Shown piece after piece: positions 1-9,737 of a DNA stretch of 64,000 nucleotides. The notes under the pieces were generated by a model. The model searched no databases and had not been told where the DNA came from. It saw only the letters and a program-made list of their open reading frames with translations. The DNA is from a virus (lineage: Duplodnaviria > Caudoviricetes). Position numbers and translations under genes: made by a program. The stretch lies in the IMG/VR virus record IMGVR_UViG_3300031784_000002. One strand, given 5' to 3'. The first letter of the stretch is position 1. The number at the start of each line of letters is the position of its first letter.

Positions 1-1
1 A

Positions 2-274
2 TATAAGATTCTAAAGAAAGAAAAATGGCAGTATTACACTGGTAAAGCAGAACCAGATGTTTATATAGAAAAACCTTTTGATCATAAGGTACTTAAACCG
101 GATTTAGACAAGTATTTGGATGCTGATGAAGACTTAATTAAGTGCCAGACTAAGATTGAGTATTATCAAATGATGCTCAATTATCTGGAGAGCATTCTTA
201 AAACTATATTAAATAGAACATATCAGCTGAAAAATGCGATTGAGTGGCAGAAATTTATTAGAGGATATGACTGA
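2..274 (+). CDS. uvsY: UvsY recombination mediator (5' partial)
   Basis: Manual translation of frame 2 gives ...KWQYYTGKA...KIEYYQMMLNYLESILKTILNRTYQLKNAIEWQKF...*. This resembles the UvsY C-terminus and lies directly before uvsW. Confidence 0.85.
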   Translation, partial: YKILKKEKWQYYTGKAEPDVYIEKPFDHKVLKPDLDKYLDADEDLIKCQTKIEYYQMMLNYLESILKTILNRTYQLKNAIEWQKFIRGYD

Positions 275-1730
275 TATTGTAATTGCGAAGAAAAATGAAG
301 TATTCCTGAAGATAGAAGCAGAACCACATATCTATCAAGAACTTTCAGAACACTTTACCTTTGATGTACCTGGTGCAAAATTTATGCCTCAGTACAGGAG
401 TAAGTATTGGGATGGAAAGATTCGTCTTTTCTCGACACATACAGGAGAGATTTATGTTGGTCTCCTGGATAAAGTTGTTTCTTGGGCTAAAAAGTGGGGC
501 TATCAAATAGAATTTAAGAATAACAAATTCTATGGAACTCCGTTAGAAGAGAATGAAATGATCTCTTATGAAGGGGTCAAAGATTATATGACTAGTATTT
601 CTAAACACAAACCACGAGATTATCAAGTAGATGCAGTTTATGATGCACTCAGATATAATCGCAAACTTTTAATTTCACCGACTGCTTCTGGTAAGTCACT
701 GATGATTTATTCAATTGTCAGATACTTTGCAGAAAGAAATCAGAAGACCCTCCTAGTGGTCCCTACAACGTCTCTGGTTGAACAGATGTTCAAAGACTTC
801 CAGGACTATGGATGGAACGCAGAGGACTACTGCCACCGCATCTACAGTGGTCGTGAGAAGACGAATGAATATCCTGTAGTCATCACAACTTGGCAGTCAA
901 TTTACAAGCTCCCTAGAGGTTTTTATGACTCATTTGATGTAGTCATTGGAGATGAGGCTCACCAATTCAAATCCAAATCTTTAGTCGGTATCATGACTAA
1001 AATGGACAACACCAAATACAGGTTTGGTTTTACTGGTACTCTTGATGGCACTCAAACACATAAATGGGTATTAGAAGGCTTGTTTGGTCCGTCTTACAAA
1101 GTTACTCAGACAAAAGAGTTAATTGATAAGGGACATCTTTCCAAACTTCAAATTAAAATTATTATTCTCAAACATAATCCTCAAACATTTGAAAACTTTG
1201 AAGATGAAGTTCAATTTATTATTGGACATCCAAAACGAAATAAGTTCATTAAAAACCTTGCATTAGATTTGAAAGGTAACACTCTTATTCTTTTTTCCAG
1301 AGTTGAATCTCACGGTCAACCTTTATATGAATCAATAAATAACTCAGTCAAGGATGGACGTAAAGTATTTTATGTTCATGGTGGAGTAGATGCAGAAGAA
1401 AGAGAGTTAGTTAGAGAGATTACAGAAAGAGAACAAAATGCAATTATTGTGGCTTCATATGGTACGTTTAGTACAGGAATTAACATTAAGAATTTACATA
1501 ATGTTATTTTTGCTTCACCTTCGAAGTCTAGAATCCGTAATCTCCAATCAATCGGCAGAGTATTGAGAAAAGGCGATAATAAAACTCAAGCAGTTCTCTA
1601 TGATATTGCTGACGATTGTACTAAAAATTCAAGAAAAAATTATACCCTTAATCACTTAATAGAAAGAGTTAAAATTTATAATGAAGAAAATTTCAATTAC
1701 GAATTTATCCAGGTAAACTTAAAAGAATGA
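267..1730 (+). CDS. uvsW: UvsW SF2 RNA-DNA/DNA helicase
   Basis: PRDYQ Q-motif, PTASGKS Walker A, DEAH, TGT and QSIGRVLR motifs. ATG at 267 overlaps the uvsY stop. Confidence 0.95.
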   Translation: MTDIVIAKKNEVFLKIEAEPHIYQELSEHFTFDVPGAKFMPQYRSKYWDGKIRLFSTHTGEIYVGLLDKVVSWAKKWGYQIEFKNNKFYGTPLEENEMISYEGVKDYMTSISKHKPRDYQVDAVYDALRYNRKLLISPTASGKSLMIYSIVRYFAERNQKTLLVVPTTSLVEQMFKDFQDYGWNAEDYCHRIYSGREKTNEYPVVITTWQSIYKLPRGFYDSFDVVIGDEAHQFKSKSLVGIMTKMDNTKYRFGFTGTLDGTQTHKWVLEGLFGPSYKVTQTKELIDKGHLSKLQIKIIILKHNPQTFENFEDEVQFIIGHPKRNKFIKNLALDLKGNTLILFSRVESHGQPLYESINNSVKDGRKVFYVHGGVDAEERELVREITEREQNAIIVASYGTFSTGINIKNLHNVIFASPSKSRIRNLQSIGRVLRKGDNKTQAVLYDIADDCTKNSRKNYTLNHLIERVKIYNEENFNYEFIQVNLKE

Positions 1731-2137
1731 TGGAAGAAGATTTCTATGCGGTCATTAAATTAATTTCTGGAGAAGAAATATTTTCTATTGTTTGTCCGTC
1801 TGAAGAAGATGAAAAAACAATGTTAATATTAAACAATCCGGTCACAATCGAAGTGATTGTCATGAAACAGATTGGTATGCAAGGATATAAAATAGATCCT
1901 TGGCTTAAATTTGCTGATGATGATACATTTTTACTAGATATTGATAAAGTTCTTACTATCAGTGAAGTTCGTGATCAAGAAACAATTGATATGTATCACA
2001 AATTTATAAAACAACAACAAAACAAAAACTCAAAAACACCATTGAGTGCAGAGATGGGATATTTATCGTCAGTGTCTGAAGCCAGAAAAAGATTTGAAAA
2101 GTTGTATAGAGGCCAATCAGATATTAAAGATAGCTAA
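1727..2137 (+). CDS. Conserved hypothetical protein (Sm-like N-terminus IKLISGEEIF)
   Basis: 136-aa ORF between uvsW and gp55, a usual cyanomyovirus position. Confidence 0.7.
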   Translation: MMEEDFYAVIKLISGEEIFSIVCPSEEDEKTMLILNNPVTIEVIVMKQIGMQGYKIDPWLKFADDDTFLLDIDKVLTISEVRDQETIDMYHKFIKQQQNKNSKTPLSAEMGYLSSVSEARKRFEKLYRGQSDIKDS

Positions 2138-2181
2138 TCTTTGAAACTCCACAGAGTAATTGTACCAATTTTTACTGGGTA

Positions 2182-2210
2182 TTGTCAATAGCCGAACATT
2201 CTGTTATAAT
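2182..2210 (+). promoter_or_regulatory. Sigma70-type promoter upstream of gp55
   Basis: TTGTCA (2182-2187), 17-nt spacer, TATAAT (2205-2210), with an extended -10 TG. Confidence 0.7.
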
Positions 2211-2241
2211 AAGAACATCTAATAACAGCAGGACTCATGAA

Positions 2242-2721
2242 ATGCAGGCACCTAAAAGAAAAAGATCAGAACATTATGTAAACAATAAAGAATTTCTTGA
2301 AGCAATATGCGAGTATAAAAGGAAAGTTAAGGTAGCTGCGGAAAACGGAGATCCCAAACCTCGTATCACAAATTACTTGGGAGAGTGTTTTCTAAAAATT
2401 GCTACTCACTTATCGTATAAACCAAATTTTGTCAACTATATGTTCCGTGAGGACATGATTTGTGATGGAATTGAAAATTGCGTTCAGTATATTCACAACT
2501 TTAATCCAGAGAAGTCTTCAAATCCTTTTGCGTACTTCACTCAAATTATTCACTATGCATTTTTGAGAAGAATTCAAAAAGAGAAAAAACAGATGGAGAT
2601 TCGTTCTAAAATTATTGAACGGTCTGGATATGATGAAGTGTTTACCGTAGATGGTGACGGAATTGATGCCGCGGAGTATAATAGTATTAAAGATGCAATT
2701 CAAACAAAAATGTATCAATGA
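2242..2721 (+). CDS. gp55: Late-transcription sigma factor gp55
   Basis: HYVNNKEFL...GECFLKIA..LS.KPNF.NY..REDMI.DG.ENC...NPFAYFTQII..AFLRRI motifs. Start placed downstream of the promoter. Confidence 0.93.
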   Translation: MQAPKRKRSEHYVNNKEFLEAICEYKRKVKVAAENGDPKPRITNYLGECFLKIATHLSYKPNFVNYMFREDMICDGIENCVQYIHNFNPEKSSNPFAYFTQIIHYAFLRRIQKEKKQMEIRSKIIERSGYDEVFTVDGDGIDAAEYNSIKDAIQTKMYQ

Positions 2722-3764
2722 CTTTAATTGCTTGTATAACTGACACTCATTATGGTGCTAGAAAGGGAAGTAAAACATTTCATGATTACTTTAAGAAGTT
2801 TTATGAGAATGTATTTTTTCCTGAACTAGAGAAAAGAAATATTAAACATTGTATTCACTTAGGTGATGCATTTGATAGTCGTAAGTCTATTGATTTTTGG
2901 TGTCTAAACTGGGCCAAAGAAAATGTTTATGATAAGTTCCGCGATCTAGGTATTACAGTATACCAAATTGTAGGAAATCATGACGCATATTATAAAAATA
3001 CCAATGAAGTCAACTCGATTGAGTCCCTGCTAAGAGAGTATGACAACATTGTACCTATCTCAAGTCCTGGGGAATATGAAGTTGCAGGACTTGACACATT
3101 TATGATTCCTTGGATTTCTCCTGAGAATCGTGATGAAACTTTAGAGAAGATGTCAAAAACCAAAGCGAAAGCCGCATTTGGACATCTAGAACTGAATGGA
3201 TTCAGTGTATATCCTGGAAATGTCCAACAACATGGAATGGATGTAAATGTTTTTGATAAGTTCAGAATCGTCTGTTCTGGACACTATCACACTCGTTCTA
3301 ATAATGGTAAAGTATTTTATCTTGGAAATTCCTATCAACTTTACTGGAATGATGTTGATGATAAACGAGGTTTCAACTTCTTTGATACTGAGACTTTTGA
3401 ATTGGAGTTCGTTCAGAATCCTTATAATATGTTTGAAAGGATTTATTATGAAGATCAGAATTCAAAATTATTTAATACAACATCCTGTAAAGATAAGATT
3501 GTAAAGATTGTTGTCCGCAAAAAGTCCGATCAACTGGCATTCGAAAAGTTTGTAGATAAAATTTACAAGACTGGAGTTGTAGACATTAAGATTGTTGAAA
3601 ACTTCGAAGTCAATGATGATGATGTTGACTTTGATCAGGAAAAGATTGAGGATACGATCACCATTTTAAATAAATATGTTGAGGACTCTGATTTTGATCT
3701 AGATAAAGAAAAGGTCAAAAAACTTTTGCGAGAGGTCTATCAAGAAGCTTGCGAAATAGAATAA
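2718..3764 (+). CDS. gp47: Recombination endonuclease subunit gp47 (Mre11/SbcD-like)
   Basis: Metallophosphoesterase motifs DTHYG, GDAFD, GNHD, GHL and GHYH. Confidence 0.95.
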   Translation: MTLIACITDTHYGARKGSKTFHDYFKKFYENVFFPELEKRNIKHCIHLGDAFDSRKSIDFWCLNWAKENVYDKFRDLGITVYQIVGNHDAYYKNTNEVNSIESLLREYDNIVPISSPGEYEVAGLDTFMIPWISPENRDETLEKMSKTKAKAAFGHLELNGFSVYPGNVQQHGMDVNVFDKFRIVCSGHYHTRSNNGKVFYLGNSYQLYWNDVDDKRGFNFFDTETFELEFVQNPYNMFERIYYEDQNSKLFNTTSCKDKIVKIVVRKKSDQLAFEKFVDKIYKTGVVDIKIVENFEVNDDDVDFDQEKIEDTITILNKYVEDSDFDLDKEKVKKLLREVYQEACEIE

Positions 3765-3766
3765 GT

Positions 3767-4042
3767 ATGTACATGATCACGCCATATGGAGATGAAGACG
3801 GTGCTTATGCCGTTTCGAATGACTATGGCGAAAAAACATTATACTTTTTTCAGGATGAAGACGACGCAGAGAGATTTGCCGGTCTTTTAGAGGCTGACGA
3901 TCATCCTGAAATGGAAGTAGTTGAAGTAGATCCAGAACTTGCAATTAAAGCGTGTCACCAGTATAATTACAAATACGCTATCATTACCCCTGATGACTTT
4001 GTGATTCCTCCTAGAAAATATGATATTGTTCAAAACGATTAA
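3767..4042 (+). CDS. Conserved hypothetical protein between gp47 and gp46
   Basis: Acidic ORF of about 91 aa, tightly packed between the two genes. Confidence 0.65.
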   Translation: MYMITPYGDEDGAYAVSNDYGEKTLYFFQDEDDAERFAGLLEADDHPEMEVVEVDPELAIKACHQYNYKYAIITPDDFVIPPRKYDIVQND

Positions 4043-5738
4043 GTGGCGTAATTTTCTTTCTACTGGAAATCAGTTTACAGAAGTAGATTTTCAAGACGCT
4101 AAGACAAATTTGATTGTCGGTACTAATGGTTCCGGTAAGAGTACGATTTTGGATGCTCTTACCTTTGTTTTGTATAACAAACCATTCCGAAAAATCAACA
4201 AACCTCAACTCATTAATTCTGTTAATGAGAAAGATTGTCTGGTGGAGATTGAATTCTCTATCGGAAATAAGGAGTATAAAGTTGTCCGAGGTATCAAACC
4301 AAATATTTTTGAGATATGGATTGATGGTAAAGTTCAGGACCAAGATTCTGCAGCCCAAGATCAACAAAAGAAACTTGAAGAAGGTATTCTGAAACTTAAC
4401 TATAAGTCATTTACTCAGACGGTCATTCTGGGATCGGCTACATTTGTTCCATTCATGCAGTTGACCTCTTCTAATCGTAGAGAGATTGTGGAAGATCTTC
4501 TTGATATTAAGATTTTTTCTACGATGAACAACATCCTAAAAGATAGGATGCGTAGAACAAATGAACTCATTCGTGAATATTCAATCAAGAAAGATATGAT
4601 TGAAGATAAAATTGAGATGCAAGAAAGTTTTATTAAGGATCTTGATAAGAGTGGAAAGGATCGTATTCAGAAAAAGAGAGATAGTATTCAAACCATTGAA
4701 AATGAAATTGATGAATTGAATACTGATAATGAATCTACTTTGGTCATGATTGAAACGGAACTTCAACCAAAGTTAGAAGAACTTAACAATACTAACTCAA
4801 CTCTGAAAAAACTCAGTACCATCAAGGCAAAACTGGAACAAAAGATACAACTTTTAGTATCTGATCATAAGTTTTTCCAAGAAAATTCGGTTTGCCCCAC
4901 ATGCACTCAAAGTATTGAAAATGAATTTCGCTTAAATAAGATTGCCGATATCGAGGAGAAATCCAAAGAACTCAATGACGGATACCGAGAGTTGGAGGAT
5001 GCAATCAATGTAGAACAGGAAAAAGACAAACAATTTTTATCTTATTCTACGGAGATCAACAGACTCAACAATGACATTTCCCACAACAATGTTAAAATTA
5101 CTGGGCTTAACAAACAAATCCGAAATCTTGGACATGAAATTCAAGAAATTACCGAACAAATTCAAAATCGAAATACTGAACGTCAAGCCCTTGAAAACTT
5201 AATACAAGATCTTGAAACATTAGAAAAAGAAAGATCTGCAGAAAAGGAACAAGTTAATTATTACGAGTTCGCTCATTCATTGATGAAAGATGGTGGAGTA
5301 AAGTCCAAGATCATCAAAAAGTATCTGCCTCTTATGAATCAGCAGATAAACAAGTATTTACAGATGATGGATTTTTACATCAACTTCACATTGGATGAGG
5401 AGTTTAAGGAGGTTATCAAGTCACCAGTTCATGAAGATTTTAGTTATGAGTCATTTAGTGAAGGTGAGAAGATGCGTATTGACCTTTCTCTTTTGTTTAC
5501 CTGGCGGGACATTGCCAAACTTAGAAACTCGGCCAGTACAAATCTTCTCATCTTAGATGAAATCTTTGATAGTTCTTTGGATGGTGCAGGAACAGACTTC
5601 TTCACAAATATTGTTCGTTATGTAATTCAGGACGCTCATGTGTTCGTTATCTCACACAAGACCGACGATCTCATGGACAAATTTGACAGGGTGATGAAAT
5701 TTGATAAAGTAAAAGGGTTCAGTAAACTAGTGTCATGA
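4020..5738 (+). CDS. gp46: Recombination endonuclease subunit gp46 (Rad50/SbcC-like)
   Basis: GTNGSGKST Walker A, coiled coils, CPTC zinc hook, FSEGEK signature, LILDE Walker B, VISH. Confidence 0.95.
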   Translation: MILFKTIKWRNFLSTGNQFTEVDFQDAKTNLIVGTNGSGKSTILDALTFVLYNKPFRKINKPQLINSVNEKDCLVEIEFSIGNKEYKVVRGIKPNIFEIWIDGKVQDQDSAAQDQQKKLEEGILKLNYKSFTQTVILGSATFVPFMQLTSSNRREIVEDLLDIKIFSTMNNILKDRMRRTNELIREYSIKKDMIEDKIEMQESFIKDLDKSGKDRIQKKRDSIQTIENEIDELNTDNESTLVMIETELQPKLEELNNTNSTLKKLSTIKAKLEQKIQLLVSDHKFFQENSVCPTCTQSIENEFRLNKIADIEEKSKELNDGYRELEDAINVEQEKDKQFLSYSTEINRLNNDISHNNVKITGLNKQIRNLGHEIQEITEQIQNRNTERQALENLIQDLETLEKERSAEKEQVNYYEFAHSLMKDGGVKSKIIKKYLPLMNQQINKYLQMMDFYINFTLDEEFKEVIKSPVHEDFSYESFSEGEKMRIDLSLLFTWRDIAKLRNSASTNLLILDEIFDSSLDGAGTDFFTNIVRYVIQDAHVFVISHKTDDLMDKFDRVMKFDKVKGFSKLVS

Positions 5739-5914
5739 CCACACCAAACTGGCAACACAACTCTGGGAAACCCCAGAAACGAAAACTTAAACCGCAAGCA
5801 CTGCGCCAGGCAAAAGCACGACTGGCCCAGTTCAAAAAGCGTCACATGAACCGCTCCAATGGGGCGGTTTCTTCGTATTATGGCTGCATACGAAACGAAA
5901 TCCATGCCTGTTAA
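5735..5914 (+). CDS. Small basic hypothetical protein (59 aa, MTTPNWQHNSGKPQKRKLKPQALRQAKARL...)
   Basis: Manual translation. ATG overlaps the gp46 stop (ATGA). Confidence 0.6.
   Translation: MTTPNWQHNSGKPQKRKLKPQALRQAKARLAQFKKRHMNRSNGAVSSYYGCIRNEIHAC
5827..5881 (+). promoter_or_regulatory. Putative early promoter with bipartite upstream boxes (CCAGTT-N8-GTCACA-N29-TATTAT)
   Basis: The same boxes recur with identical spacing at 12709-12763. Confidence 0.65.
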
Positions 5915-8114
5915 CCACGAAGTCAAAGGTCATCTCGCCCGTCTCCTCGCAACTGAAGATCTGGTGGTGGAACACAAGAATGTTCCCACTGCATCCTTCA
6001 ATGTGGATACTCGTGTTCTGATTCTTCCAATGTGGGAGAAGGCTTCTAACGCAGTCTATGATATGCTTGTGGGCCATGAAGTAGGTCATGCACTCTATAC
6101 TCCTAATGAAGATTGGAGTGTGAAGTTCTCCATTCCTCAACAATTCGTGAATGTGACTGAAGACGCTCGGATTGAGAAACTGATGAAGCGTCGTTATGGT
6201 GGAATGAACAAGTGTTTCTATGCAGGTTATCGGGAGCTGCATGATGACGATTTCTTTCAAGTAAAAGACGAAGATCTTTCTACTTTTAATCTGGCTGATC
6301 GTGTCAATCTATATTTCAAGATTGGAAACTATCTTGAACTTCAGTTCAATCCAGAGGAACTGGAGATCGTTGAAATGATTGGTGATGCAGAAACTTTTGA
6401 TGAAGCGATTGAAGCCGCTGTAAAACTCTACGAATATTGTAAGAAAGAACAGAAACAAGAAACTAAGATTAGTTCTCTGGATAATGTTGAACATAATTTT
6501 GGAGGTGGGTCAGAACCTACTCCAGAATATCAGAATCAATCTGCAGAGGATGAACTGGAAACATCTGGAGATGGTGGTCAGGCGTCCTCTGAGGGTCAGT
6601 CAGAGGATAAGATGGATCAACCCACTATGGAACAAACCAATCAAGGTGGAGAGACCTCTGAACCCGAAGTCCGTACCGCTGATAGTCTTGAGGAAGCGAT
6701 TAGGGATCTTGTAAACACTTCTTCTTATGAGAATGTTTATGTTGAACTTCCTAAACTGAATCTGAATACTGTGATTGCACTTAACTCTGAAATCCATGCG
6801 GAGATCAATAACTGGTGGAATAAGTCTGTAGAAAAGTTTGGTGAGACTTGTTCAAATCCGCGAGACGTTCTCTTTAAAAGTGTTGATAAAGAGTACCTTG
6901 AGTTTAAGCGTTCGGCTCAGAAGGAAGTCAACTATCTGGTGAAGGAGTTTGAATGTAAGAAAGCCGCAGACTCTTATGCTCGTTCAACCACGGCTCGTAC
7001 TGGTGTTTTGGATTGTTCCAAACTTCACACCTACAAATATAATGAAGACTTGTTCCGCAAGGTAACGACTCTTGCAGATGGCAAGAATCACGGTCTGGTG
7101 TTCATTCTAGACTGGTCTGGATCTATGAGTAATGTGATGCAAGACACGATCAAACAACTTTATAACTTGATTTGGTTCTGTAAGAAAGTCACAATTCCCT
7201 TTGAGGTTTATGCATTTACCAATGAGTGGCGACGTAATTCTTATGATGAGGATGGAAATTTTATTAAAATGGAACCTCATTACCAGAAGAAACATGGTTT
7301 GATTCATGTTGATGAGTCTTTCTCTCTGATGAATCTTTTCACCAGTAAAGTAAACAATCGTGTTCTTGAAGAACAGATGATTAACATCTATCGGATTGCT
7401 AAGGAATTTAAGTATTCTTATAATAATGCACCGATGTATACTACTCCAGCTCGTTTGTGTCTTTCTGGTACTCCTTTGAATGAGTCTTTGATTGCTCTTC
7501 ATCAAATTCTTCCTAAGTTCCAAAAAGAAAATAAACTCCAGAAAGTTCAGTGCGTTGTTCTTACTGATGGTGAAGCTTGTTATCTTAAGTTTCACAAAGA
7601 GTTTACTGGTCGTTCCAAAAACAATCCAGAGGAAGTTTATATTGGACTGAACTCCCTCCAGAGCTATCCTTCTTTTATTCGTGATCGTAAGGTTGGTCGT
7701 ACTTATAAAGTTCGTGAAGAATATCATCAACTGACTGATACTCTTCTTGAGAATCTTCGAGATAGTTTTCCTTCCGTAAACTTTATTGGTATGCGAGTTC
7801 TTGAGAATCGTGAGGCCAATTCTTTTATTCGTAAGTATTACAATAACTACGATTACTCTTCTGGTTATTGTCAAGATAACAAAGAATATATTCAGGTTAT
7901 TAATGATTGGAAAAAGAATCGTTCTTTTTCGATCAAAAATTCTGGATACCATTCTTATTTTGGTCTTTCTGGTTCGGCTCTTTCTCAGGAAAGTGAGTTT
8001 GATGTTGCAGAGGATGCAAGTAAGAGTCAGATTAAATCTGCTTTTGTAAAATCATTGAAGAGTAAGAAAATGAACAAAAAAATTCTTGGGGAATTTATTG
8101 ATCTAGTTGCATGA
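5904..8114 (+). CDS. HExxH metallopeptidase-like domain plus vWA domain protein (CobT-like partner of the CobS AAA)
   Basis: HEVGHA zincin motif, acidic linker, vWA MIDAS motif DWSGS, and GTPL and LTDGE motifs. Confidence 0.85.
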   Translation: MPVNHEVKGHLARLLATEDLVVEHKNVPTASFNVDTRVLILPMWEKASNAVYDMLVGHEVGHALYTPNEDWSVKFSIPQQFVNVTEDARIEKLMKRRYGGMNKCFYAGYRELHDDDFFQVKDEDLSTFNLADRVNLYFKIGNYLELQFNPEELEIVEMIGDAETFDEAIEAAVKLYEYCKKEQKQETKISSLDNVEHNFGGGSEPTPEYQNQSAEDELETSGDGGQASSEGQSEDKMDQPTMEQTNQGGETSEPEVRTADSLEEAIRDLVNTSSYENVYVELPKLNLNTVIALNSEIHAEINNWWNKSVEKFGETCSNPRDVLFKSVDKEYLEFKRSAQKEVNYLVKEFECKKAADSYARSTTARTGVLDCSKLHTYKYNEDLFRKVTTLADGKNHGLVFILDWSGSMSNVMQDTIKQLYNLIWFCKKVTIPFEVYAFTNEWRRNSYDEDGNFIKMEPHYQKKHGLIHVDESFSLMNLFTSKVNNRVLEEQMINIYRIAKEFKYSYNNAPMYTTPARLCLSGTPLNESLIALHQILPKFQKENKLQKVQCVVLTDGEACYLKFHKEFTGRSKNNPEEVYIGLNSLQSYPSFIRDRKVGRTYKVREEYHQLTDTLLENLRDSFPSVNFIGMRVLENREANSFIRKYYNNYDYSSGYCQDNKEYIQVINDWKKNRSFSIKNSGYHSYFGLSGSALSQESEFDVAEDASKSQIKSAFVKSLKSKKMNKKILGEFIDLVA

Positions 8115-8134
8115 GGGGTATACCCCTCTTTTTT
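8113..8134 (+). terminator. Rho-independent terminator
   Basis: GAGGGG-TATA-CCCCTC followed by a T-run. A TAAATA late-promoter core follows at 8137-8142. Confidence 0.8.
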
Positions 8135-8163
8135 ACTAAATACTTAAAAAAGTATTTGTAAAG

Positions 8164-9699
8164 ATGAACTCTAACGATTTTCAAAACCTAACTGAAGCTT
8201 ATAATCAAGTACATCAACTTGATGAAGTGTTAGACACTCCTGAAAAAGCGAATGAATATGCCAAAAAGAATGTAAAATCTATGGTTGGTGCTTTTGTTAA
8301 AGGTGCTGTTAACAAAGATATTAGTCAACTGAAAACCATAGAAAAAAGAAAAAGAGGAGCGGAACTGGGAAAAAGAAAGGCAGAAAGAAAGTCAGCAGAG
8401 GAAAAGAATGAAGAGTTTGAAACTTGGGTAAATGAACTTATGGAAGAGGGTTATGATCTCTCCGACTATACTTGGGAAGAGATGCATGAGTTCTATCTAG
8501 ATGAAGCAGAAGGTTCATACGGTGAAACTCCAAAGGCATACAGTGCAGCATCAAAGACCAAGATGACTGCAAAGAGAAAGCCTTTCCTCAAGAAAATGCT
8601 CAGAAGAACTAATCCTGCAGAAAGAAAGTCTGAGACTTCTCCAAGAAAAGGAATGACTGCTTCTGATAGGGAAGAAGCAAGAGCAGGTGATGCACATGGT
8701 TCACCTAGGGGTCATGATTACCCTTCACAGGGCCCTGGTGGAGTAACTAAGAATCCTAAGAAACTCCGTAAGCAAAAAGCAATGGGAGAGTTTGCTAAAG
8801 AAGAACTTGATGTCTTTGATGTAGTCCTTGAGTTCCTCCAAGTAGAAGGATACGCAGAAACTCTGGAAGAGGCAGAGTGGATGATGGCAAATGAACTAGA
8901 TGAGGAAACCATTGATGCAATCCTTGAAGCAGAAGGTTCTTACGGTAAGACACCCAAGGCAAGAGCAGCAATGGGTAAACTTGCTATTGCAAGACGTGAG
9001 AAACCTGCAAGTGAGTATTCGCAGAAAGGTGAGAAAACTAAAAAAGTAAAATCAATCGAAAAGCATACTCAGAGAATTGATAACGGTCCTGATGTAGGAA
9101 ATCGTGGTAAGAAATCTACTAAACCAAGATGGTCTGGGATGTTAGGCAAATCTGGTAGGGGTAAACTTGACCAAGATAGTAGAGATTATGCAAGAGATAG
9201 TGCTGTTGAGTATACTTCTGGCGGACACAAACCTGGTTCTGGTACTGTAACCAAGAACCCCAAGAAACTCCGTAAGCAAAAGGCTATGGGTGAGATTGGC
9301 GAAAGTTTTGACACATATGAATTTGTTTTGTGTCATCTTCTAGATGAGGGATATGCTTCAACCGAAGAAGCCGCAGATAAAATCATTCTCAACATGAGTG
9401 AAGCTTGGTTTGAAGATATTATGGAATTGAATCGTGTTGAAAAGGAAACTGGTATCAACACTAAAACTGGTAGACCAACTGCCAAAGGTGGCGCTAAGGA
9501 TGATAAAGCATATACTAGCGTAAAAAGAATGATGCGTAAAATGGAGGGAACTCCTGCGGGCCAAAGAAAAAAAGAACCAGGTAAAAAGCCACCTAAAGCT
9601 GGTGAATATGGCGGTCCAAGATCACCCGAACAAAAAGTTGCAAAACTCCGTGCAGACAAAAAACGCAGTGCAGATATGATGAGTTCTCGATTTGACTGA
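8164..9699 (+). CDS. Modular, internally repetitive late protein; candidate head internal (poly)protein
   Basis: Repeats EAEGSYG.TPKA (x2), KNPKKLRKQKAMGE (x2) and acidic L..EGY...EEA modules (x3). TAAATA lies upstream. Confidence 0.7.
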   Translation: MNSNDFQNLTEAYNQVHQLDEVLDTPEKANEYAKKNVKSMVGAFVKGAVNKDISQLKTIEKRKRGAELGKRKAERKSAEEKNEEFETWVNELMEEGYDLSDYTWEEMHEFYLDEAEGSYGETPKAYSAASKTKMTAKRKPFLKKMLRRTNPAERKSETSPRKGMTASDREEARAGDAHGSPRGHDYPSQGPGGVTKNPKKLRKQKAMGEFAKEELDVFDVVLEFLQVEGYAETLEEAEWMMANELDEETIDAILEAEGSYGKTPKARAAMGKLAIARREKPASEYSQKGEKTKKVKSIEKHTQRIDNGPDVGNRGKKSTKPRWSGMLGKSGRGKLDQDSRDYARDSAVEYTSGGHKPGSGTVTKNPKKLRKQKAMGEIGESFDTYEFVLCHLLDEGYASTEEAADKIILNMSEAWFEDIMELNRVEKETGINTKTGRPTAKGGAKDDKAYTSVKRMMRKMEGTPAGQRKKEPGKKPPKAGEYGGPRSPEQKVAKLRADKKRSADMMSSRFD

Positions 9700-9737
9700 G
9701 AATAAATAATTTATATTATTGATTGATTTATTGGGTT

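Noticed and set aside
234-266. ORF-track start of uvsW at 234
   Set aside because: It lies inside uvsY; the ATG at 267 overlapping the uvsY stop is more plausible.
7107-7952. 281-aa minus-strand ORF
   Set aside because: Antisense to the vWA gene; I/F-rich translation typical of shadow frames.
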